DNA of 10,290 bases, taken from contig JBHLPL010000069.1 of NCBI GenBank assembly GCA_048939465.1, positions 1 to 10,290 on the forward strand, given 5' to 3'. The notes beneath the pieces are model-generated. The model saw nothing but the letters and a program-made list of their open reading frames with translations, had not been told where the DNA came from and did not search any database. The position numbers and the translations under genes are program-made. Of this stretch, positions 1 through 5,575 are shown piece by piece; positions within the stretch are counted from its first letter, which is position 1, and each line of letters opens with the position of its first letter. Origin of the DNA: Promethearchaeota archaeon (GTDB lineage: Archaea; Asgardarchaeota; Odinarchaeia; Odinarchaeales; JBHLKK01).

Positions 1-585
1 TGATACCTCTACCTCGTTAGCTCCTGCCACTGTTTTTTCCTGCAATATCTGATGTGCCAAATTCGCCCACATTGCCGATTGTCTAATGCATCGTAGTTCA
101 TCCTCATCTTTTATAATTCGCATGTTCGTAATCAGAGACGGCATCACTTTTACTGGAAAGCCGAGGACTTTTTCCAGCTTCGGACCTTCATAACCCCACC
201 GGCTTGGGCTACCGGGCGCCTCTGCTCCTAGGTGACCTGTTATTCTTAGTTCATCTTTCAGAAAGGTGGCGAGGAGTTTCATCGGGTGCTTCGAGCCCGG
301 ATAATCAAAATAGGTGCTGATGTGCGCAACACTTGGTACATCCTCTTGAACGTGCAGTCTCTCGAGCTCAGGTACAAAGAAGCTAATATCTGTTTCTTGA
401 ATGATAAGAGCCAAAGGACGTTCAGTAGGAAGATGTACAAATCCAGTTAAGTAATAGATGTGTATGGGATTGAATACTGCAAAGTGCTTTATGTCTTTTC
501 TGGCAAGCTCTTTTCGAAGTTGGTGTTGACGAAATTCAAAACGATTCTGAGGAATTTTGATCATAGACATTTCTTCACTCTCCAT
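1..585 (-). CDS. Xaa-Pro aminopeptidase / M24 family peptidase, N-terminal part (creatinase/prolidase N domain; runs off the window edge)
   Basis: Not in the ORF track. Manual translation of the minus strand from ATG at 585 (alternative ATGs 570, 564) is open to position 1: MESEEMSMIKIPQNRFEFRQHQLRKELARKDIKHFAVFNPIHIYYLTGFVHLPTERPLALII...YFDYPG...LITNMRIIKDEDELRCIRQSAMWANLAHQIL. IYYLTGF and MRIIKDEDEL are hallmark M24 (PepP/PepQ) N-domain and linker motifs. The catalytic domain lies outside the window. Confidence 0.88.
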   Translation of the reverse strand, partial: MESEEMSMIKIPQNRFEFRQHQLRKELARKDIKHFAVFNPIHIYYLTGFVHLPTERPLALIIQETDISFFVPELERLHVQEDVPSVAHISTYFDYPGSKHPMKLLATFLKDELRITGHLGAEAPGSPSRWGYEGPKLEKVLGFPVKVMPSLITNMRIIKDEDELRCIRQSAMWANLAHQILQEKTVAGANEVEVS

Positions 586-690
586 ATGATTACATTCCTT
601 TAGTATTGCCTTATAGATTTAGCTACTACAATGGATTTTCGGCCGAGACTGCTGAAATTCAACTGGGCAAGCGTGGTGTCATGTTTCTAA

Positions 691-706
691 GAAGAAGGTA
701 TTTATA
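691..706 (+). promoter_or_regulatory. Archaeal BRE/TATA promoter for the TPR gene
   Basis: Purine-rich GAAGAAGGTA followed by TTTATA (701-706); GGAGGT ribosome-binding site shortly before the ATG at 764. Confidence 0.45.
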
Positions 707-763
707 GTTTATTGAGTAGATGGATTAAACACTCGAGTAATTGCTAGGGAGGTAGCCAGGATA

Positions 764-1273
764 ATGTCTGCAAACGACCACTCCGGGAAGGGGAACACTC
801 TTCTTGAGAAGGGAGAGTATATGAAAGCCATGGAGGAGTTTGAAAAGGCACTGAAGATCAATCCCAATCATTTCAAAGCATGGTTAGGAAAGGGGAAGGC
901 TTATTTCTATTTGGTCGACTATGAAAAAGCTGTTGAATGCAGCAAAAAGGCCATAGAAATCAATAGTGACTTCGGAGAAGCATGGGGTTGGTTGGGAGCA
1001 ATCTGCAAATTCATCCACAAATACGAGGAGGCAATTCCATACTTCAAGAAATATGCAGAACTTGAACCTAACAACGCAATGATATACCTTGATATTGGAT
1101 CATGCTATGGCGGATCTAATGACCATTTCCATCAAATCGAATACTACGAAAAGGCGTTCGAAATCGATCCAAATGATTCGCTAACTAAGATTGTACTAGA
1201 CAAGGCACTAGAGAAGTATCCGCAATACTATGACGAAAAAAGCAAGAGAGAGAAAACCCAAGCAGAATGTTGA
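764..1273 (+). CDS. Tetratricopeptide repeat (TPR) protein, about 4 repeats, no catalytic domain
   Basis: 34-aa periodic pattern (KGNTLLEKGEYMKAMEEFEKALKINPNH; AWLGKGKAY...A...KAIEINSDF; AWGWLG...YEEAIPYFKKYAELEPNN; YEKAFEIDPND); upstream GGAGGT RBS. Confidence 0.93.
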   Translation: MSANDHSGKGNTLLEKGEYMKAMEEFEKALKINPNHFKAWLGKGKAYFYLVDYEKAVECSKKAIEINSDFGEAWGWLGAICKFIHKYEEAIPYFKKYAELEPNNAMIYLDIGSCYGGSNDHFHQIEYYEKAFEIDPNDSLTKIVLDKALEKYPQYYDEKSKREKTQAEC

Positions 1274-1476
1274 AGTTCTAGAATTAGCCTGGTATCAGAA
1301 TCTGTGAAGACCTCCCAGCTGTTTCTTACTTAACCGATCATCCCGTAATCAATGGGACCGCTTTTGGGAGAGACTCCTGCGGACGGATAAAACGGGGGAA
1401 GCCCGATGGAAAGGCAAAGAGAATTCTAGGTAAATCTTACTTTGGCCTCTAAGTCTTACATTAACGCCATATTCCC

Positions 1477-2388
1477 CTACCTTAGTTCTTTGATTATATC
1501 TTCAAGTTTCTCGTAAGTGCCGTCCTGGATTTTCTCCAGATAGTGTTTCGCATGCACTCTCGTTGTTTCTGTTAGATCAATAACCTTCCAACCCTGCTTT
1601 TTCATAAGCTCCTTCTTTGTGGTCGGAAACACAGCATCTTCCTTCAGTACTTCCTCCAGTGACTTGACCCCCAAATTCTTTGTGACTTTTGGAAATCTGC
1701 CTGTCTTCTGAAAAACCTTCAACCTGGCTGCATCTTTGTACATCTTGATTGGATGAAAGGTTATGATGGCTCTCTTTGCATCCGAAGACTTCACCTTTTT
1801 ATATATTTCTTCCAGTTCACCATCGGTGAACTGGTAGAGATTGTGTCGACCCTTCCCGAATAGACGCGTATATAATACGTCAGATTCAGTCAATGGAGTC
1901 TGTACCGAAAGGTCTACGCAGTGGATGATATTATAATCTTCCATGATTCTGATAATGTCTTTCGTCAATTCTCCTGTCAAGCTCCGAATCTCCCAAGCTA
2001 ATCTAACTCCTGCAGTATTTACGCTCGAAAGGAAGTCTCGAATGGATTGAGCTTTCCCCCTACCAAATTTCATTCTTGGAGGAGTCATGACATGTAGATA
2101 CCGCGATCCCAGCAGCTGACAGATTTCGATCATCTTGTCAAAGCTTTCAATATTCTCAGCAACAGGTTCTAAGAGGTATTGATGAGACACACTCTTGTGA
2201 CAGCGAACAGAGAATTCAAAATCCTTAGGAACTCGCCTTCTCCAAGATCTTACCGTTCTGTGATTAGGAATTTCATAAAAAGTCGAATTGACCTCAACAA
2301 AGTCGAACGCCTTAGAGTATGCTGAAAGATTATCCATCCCCTGAATTTGGAAGTATGCCCAACCGCCCGCACCAATTCGTATTTCCAT
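1477..2388 (-). CDS. DUF72 (YecE/UPF0759) TIM-barrel protein, divergent paralog A, with a ~75-aa C-terminal extension
   Basis: IGAGGWAY, YSKAFDFVEVNSTFY, W...VPKDFEFSVR and YTRLFG match DUF72 blocks; tail FPTTKKEL...LEKIQDGTYEKLEDII resembles DUF2795-type small helical modules. Confidence 0.88.
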   Translation of the reverse strand: MEIRIGAGGWAYFQIQGMDNLSAYSKAFDFVEVNSTFYEIPNHRTVRSWRRRVPKDFEFSVRCHKSVSHQYLLEPVAENIESFDKMIEICQLLGSRYLHVMTPPRMKFGRGKAQSIRDFLSSVNTAGVRLAWEIRSLTGELTKDIIRIMEDYNIIHCVDLSVQTPLTESDVLYTRLFGKGRHNLYQFTDGELEEIYKKVKSSDAKRAIITFHPIKMYKDAARLKVFQKTGRFPKVTKNLGVKSLEEVLKEDAVFPTTKKELMKKQGWKVIDLTETTRVHAKHYLEKIQDGTYEKLEDIIKELR

Positions 2389-2434
2389 AAGAGTTATTTG
2401 TTATTTCCAAATAAGAATATTTGGAGGTTAGACA
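2389..2434. promoter_or_regulatory. 46-bp bidirectional control region between the two DUF72 genes, with overlapping inverted repeats and the RBS of paralog B
   Basis: TTATTTG(2394-2400)/CAAATAA(2408-2414) and CCAAATA(2407-2413)/TATTTGG(2418-2424) inverted pairs; GTTATTT tandem at 2393 and 2400; GGAGG at 2423-2427 before the TTG start at 2435. Confidence 0.55.
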
Positions 2435-3631
2435 TTGGCTAAGCTTTTCTTTGGATGTTCTGGGTGGAGCTATAATGAATGGGTTGGTCCCTTCTACAAG
2501 CATGCCAAAAAGAGCAAATTATCAGCCTATTCTGATGTTTTCAAAACAGCGGAAATTAATAGCACTTTCTATGCCTACCCTAAGGCAGGCGTTGTTCAGG
2601 GTTGGGCAAGATATAGCCCCGAGGAATTCATATTCTCGGCAAAGATTCCGGGACAAGTAACCCACGACAAAGAACTCGAAGTTGAAAAAGACGTGGAAGA
2701 TGACCTCAATCATTTTTTTGCTCTAATGGATCCGCTCTCAAACGTTGGAAAAATGGGATGCTTCTTAATTCAATTGCCTCCGAGACTTAGATTTATGCCC
2801 AGCAAAGTTGAGGATTTCTACGCGCTTCTCCCAGATAAACATAGGTTCGCCGTGGAATTCAGAAATAGAACTTGGCTCAGTGACAGATCGATCGAATTAC
2901 TAAGCAAATACAACATAGCCTACACAATAATAGACGAGCCGCTATTACCGCCGGACGTCCACATCACAGCCGATTTTGCATATTTCCGATGGCACGGACA
3001 TGGAAAAGAGCCGTGGTATAATTACCTTTATACAGAAGATGAACTCAAGGAATGGATTCCAAAGGTACAGGAAGTTCAGGAAAACGTAGACGAGGTGTAT
3101 GGATACTTCAACAACCATTATCATGGATATGCACCTGAAAACTGCTTAGATATAATGGAAATGCTGGGTATTGCAACGCCATTGCAAAGGCAGATCAGAG
3201 AGAGAATCAAAGATTATCGTAGAAGACCTCCTAAACCGCCTCCCGAACCCAAAACACTGATGGACTTTATTGGAGAACCTTCCCCAGAAGCAGAAGAGAA
3301 AAGAAGAAGGATAGAGGAGAACACCGAGTCCCTTCTTCGGCTTTTTGCTGACGAAGGCAGGATTCTCAGAGGAAGGGTAATAAGAGATACTGAACTTGAA
3401 AACCTGAAGGCTGGAAAATCTAGAGTTTCAGCTAAGATTAGAGATTACAGCATAGTAATCGATCGTAAAGGCAGAATAATCCAACATGACTGCAATGATT
3501 GGCAAAGACGAAAGAATCGAAAGAAGTTTTGTAAACATATTGTGAAGTTGCTTCTTACTCTGCCTGAAAGGGAATCCAGAACCATACTTAGAGATATATC
3601 AAGGAATCTAGCAGGCTGGAGATTCGAGTAG
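2435..3631 (+). CDS. DUF72 protein, canonical paralog B, fused to a Pro-rich linker, PIP-box-like motif and C-terminal SWIM-type zinc finger
   Basis: FGCSGWSY, YSDVFKTAEINSTFY, FSAKIPGQVTH, LIQLPP, AVEFRN, YFRWHG and YFNNH are canonical DUF72 motifs; C-terminal HDC-x12-CKH. TTG start with GGAGG RBS 7 nt upstream. Confidence 0.92.
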   Translation: MAKLFFGCSGWSYNEWVGPFYKHAKKSKLSAYSDVFKTAEINSTFYAYPKAGVVQGWARYSPEEFIFSAKIPGQVTHDKELEVEKDVEDDLNHFFALMDPLSNVGKMGCFLIQLPPRLRFMPSKVEDFYALLPDKHRFAVEFRNRTWLSDRSIELLSKYNIAYTIIDEPLLPPDVHITADFAYFRWHGHGKEPWYNYLYTEDELKEWIPKVQEVQENVDEVYGYFNNHYHGYAPENCLDIMEMLGIATPLQRQIRERIKDYRRRPPKPPPEPKTLMDFIGEPSPEAEEKRRRIEENTESLLRLFADEGRILRGRVIRDTELENLKAGKSRVSAKIRDYSIVIDRKGRIIQHDCNDWQRRKNRKKFCKHIVKLLLTLPERESRTILRDISRNLAGWRFE

Positions 3632-3828
3632 GAGTGTTCTGTCCACTTTCAGAAGACGGTGACGTGGTTCTAAGATAACGGCAACGGACGAAGGTTCGTC
3701 GTCCTTTAATAATCCGCCATTGGATGGAACCAGATGGCCCCGCTCTTTTGGAAGGGGTCTCCTTGAGGCAGTTTGGATGAAGGTCTATTTGTGAGGCAGT
3801 ATAAGGGAGAAGAAGCTCATTCTCTGAA

Positions 3829-4902
3829 TTACGTCAATCTTGGTTCAATGACTCTTTTGTTTTGGTCATCCCATTTAAGCAATAAGGGGCCGTCTTTATC
3901 GATATAGATAAACGTATCATGGTCATAACGTGGATTCCTCATCCACGATCCACTGTTTACGAGAATCTTGCCGGTCTTTTTGACTATCTCTGGCGTGCTG
4001 TACTCCGGCACGTGAGTGTGACCGAAAATGACTGTTCTGGCCTGGATCATGGCTCCCTTATCTTTCTTCCAGAACTCTTCACCTACAATACGTTTCATAT
4101 CAACATATCTTGTCTTCGAATACGCACACCAGAATGGCCACGCCAGTGCTGTGAAGAGCCTTGGAAATGCAAAAATAAATGTGTAGACAATTAAGATCAT
4201 CATTATCGGCAGGGGTATGTATGCAAAATACCAAGAGAGCGGCGGCAAAAGATAGCCAAATAGAAACAAGAAGAAGAGAAAGACAGAAAGCCATCCTTTG
4301 GGCGGGAAATACTTTGAGGTTATGGATGAGAGCTTGAACATGGTGGAAGGAATCTTACTGAGGGGACCTGCCTGTCTGAAGATTCTGTCAAATTGGTGCC
4401 CATGAAGGAAAGCGTATGTCTCGTCACCTACCTGCTCAGAATCCGTACCAACTGATTCAGGATAGTGACGTGGCAGGACTTCAAGAGCAGGATCCTCTTT
4501 AAAAGGATAATCGCCCCTTGCTTTTGTGAGATCATCATCATGATTTCCCAACACATAGATCTTATCACAGTCAAGATCTAATATCTCAACCGCTGGACCG
4601 AATAGGTGCTTGAAAACATTGTATAATTCACCCTCGGAGGGAATCCAGAGTTCGAGAATATCTCCTAACAGGATTATTTTGTCTGGAAATCTGACCGCTC
4701 TTATCCTCCCGTCTCTTAGCTCGATCTGCACCCCTTTTTCGGAACCCTCTAGGCTTTTTATCCATCTTGCGAAATTGACAAATGCTTTGTAGTCTGAGTC
4801 TTCGTGACCGAGATGCAGATCGGAAACGACAATTATTCGCTTTGAATTGTACGTTTTCTCGGAGGCTTTTTCTGACATCATCCACACCGTCTTCAAATGC
4901 AT
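3829..4902 (-). CDS. Calcineurin-like metallophosphoesterase (LpxH/YbbF-like) with an inserted hydrophobic, likely 2-TM segment
   Basis: All five metallophosphoesterase motifs present: SDLHLG, LLGDILELW, GNHD, LHGH, GHTH. True start may be ATG 4881 or 4878 (GGTGTGG upstream). Hydrophobic stretch GWLSVFLFF...ALAWPFW at 4129-4296. Confidence 0.88.
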   Translation of the reverse strand: MHLKTVWMMSEKASEKTYNSKRIIVVSDLHLGHEDSDYKAFVNFARWIKSLEGSEKGVQIELRDGRIRAVRFPDKIILLGDILELWIPSEGELYNVFKHLFGPAVEILDLDCDKIYVLGNHDDDLTKARGDYPFKEDPALEVLPRHYPESVGTDSEQVGDETYAFLHGHQFDRIFRQAGPLSKIPSTMFKLSSITSKYFPPKGWLSVFLFFLFLFGYLLPPLSWYFAYIPLPIMMILIVYTFIFAFPRLFTALAWPFWCAYSKTRYVDMKRIVGEEFWKKDKGAMIQARTVIFGHTHVPEYSTPEIVKKTGKILVNSGSWMRNPRYDHDTFIYIDKDGPLLLKWDDQNKRVIEPRLT

Positions 4903-4938
4903 TTACAGTTAAAACGGGACTAATCTATCAAAAGGTAG

Positions 4939-4946
4939 TATATAAC
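4939..4946 (-). promoter_or_regulatory. TATA box for the metallophosphoesterase gene
   Basis: GTTATATA on the minus strand 37 nt upstream of ATG 4902; same GTTATATA core as upstream of pirin. Confidence 0.45.
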
Positions 4947-5203
4947 TCTTAGACCTGAAATCCACGTACATGGTTTGTTTCGGATCTTCTTGGCAGTTGC
5001 TGAAAGGATCAGCTGAAAAAGAATCGGCTTTCAACAAGCCTAAGAACTCTTCTGGGGATCGCTCAAAAGAATCACTGTTCGCAGAAGGGAATGAACATCG
5101 TGATTTATCCGACGAGATGATTCTTCTTGCGTATGCTAGAGTCTTGCGGTGTTTTTATCTACTGTCCGCAAGAAGACCCCATCTGGAAGCGTAGAGGCGG
5201 ATT

Positions 5204-5219
5204 GCGAGGAGCTTAAATA
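5204..5219 (+). promoter_or_regulatory. Archaeal promoter predicted to initiate at about 5240, upstream of the omegaRNA-like scaffold
   Basis: Purine-rich GCGAGGAGC then TTAAATA (5213-5219); the usual ~25-nt TATA-to-start spacing gives about 5240. Confidence 0.45.
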
Positions 5220-5230
5220 CTTACTTTCAC

Positions 5231-5380
5231 GACAAACACATGGAATTGAGTCGAGGTAGCACTCGCCGATTCGCGAAAGTGAAGCTTCAGGGCAGGAACT
5301 GCCCGTAGGGCCTGTAAGATATATCCCGTTGGGGAATGGATGAAACAGGAAGCTCCTTGCGAAGGCCAGGAGTAGTTCAC
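5231..5380 (+). mobile_element. Non-autonomous IS200/IS605-family remnant (MITE/PATE-like); right end well defined, left end tentative
   Basis: Right end GAAGCTCCTTGCGAAGGCCAGGAGTAGTTCAC: imperfect subterminal hairpin CTCCT/AGGAG, GAAG at its foot and terminal TCAC, consistent with the IS608/ISDra2 guide-cleavage-site rule. Vestigial TnpB tail peptides GQELPVGPV and (after a frameshift) MKQEAPCEGQE*. A second TTCAC at 5226-5230 is the candidate left boundary. Confidence 0.6.
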
Positions 5381-5396
5381 ACTCGGATAATGAGAA
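5288..5396 (+). ncRNA. TnpB-type omegaRNA (reRNA) scaffold (about 5288-5380) plus predicted ~16-nt guide ACTCGGATAATGAGAA
   Basis: Stem GGGCA/TGCCC with GGAAC loop (5290-5304); long-range stem CCTGT(5311-5315)/ACAGG(5345-5349) enclosing TCCC/GGGA hairpin; right-end hairpin 5352-5373; loop GAAC(5296-5299) complementary to GTTC(5375-5378) forming the pseudoknot; same element order as the ISDra2 TnpB reRNA. Confidence 0.7.
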
Positions 5397-5575
5397 ATCT
5401 GTGGCCTAGATCATACCAATATTGGGCGGGGTTGCGGGGTTCATGAGATGCCTTCTCATGAGTCGGGGGATGCTTGCGTCTAGTAGCTAGATGAAGCGAA
5501 TAATGATTCATTCTTTAGCGTCGATTTGTTGAGCATAAGACAACCTGCAAACCTTTGTGAGATCGATAAGCGAGT

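Noticed and set aside
1390-1425. Resemblance of ACGGGGGAAGCCCGATGGAAAGG to group II intron domain II/III sequence
   Set aside because: No domain V (AGC/CGC triad hairpin), GTGCG 5' end or RT ORF nearby.
2421-2713. ORFs 2421-2660 (+) and 2522-2713 (-)
   Set aside because: Shadow frames overlapping the well-supported DUF72-B gene; no motifs. The TTG at 2421 overlaps the real RBS.
3919-4885. ORFs 3919-4194, 4100-4294, 4610-4792 and 4628-4885
   Set aside because: Alternative or antisense frames inside the metallophosphoesterase gene, with no recognisable features.
3829-4902. Assigning the gene symbol lpxH
   Set aside because: GNHD instead of GNRD, TM insertion, and no lipid A pathway expected in archaea.
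4970-5194. 74-aa ORF as a real gene or a tnpA/tnpB remnant
   Set aside because: No RBS, no HUH, zinc-finger or RuvC motif in the frames translated by hand; composition uninformative.
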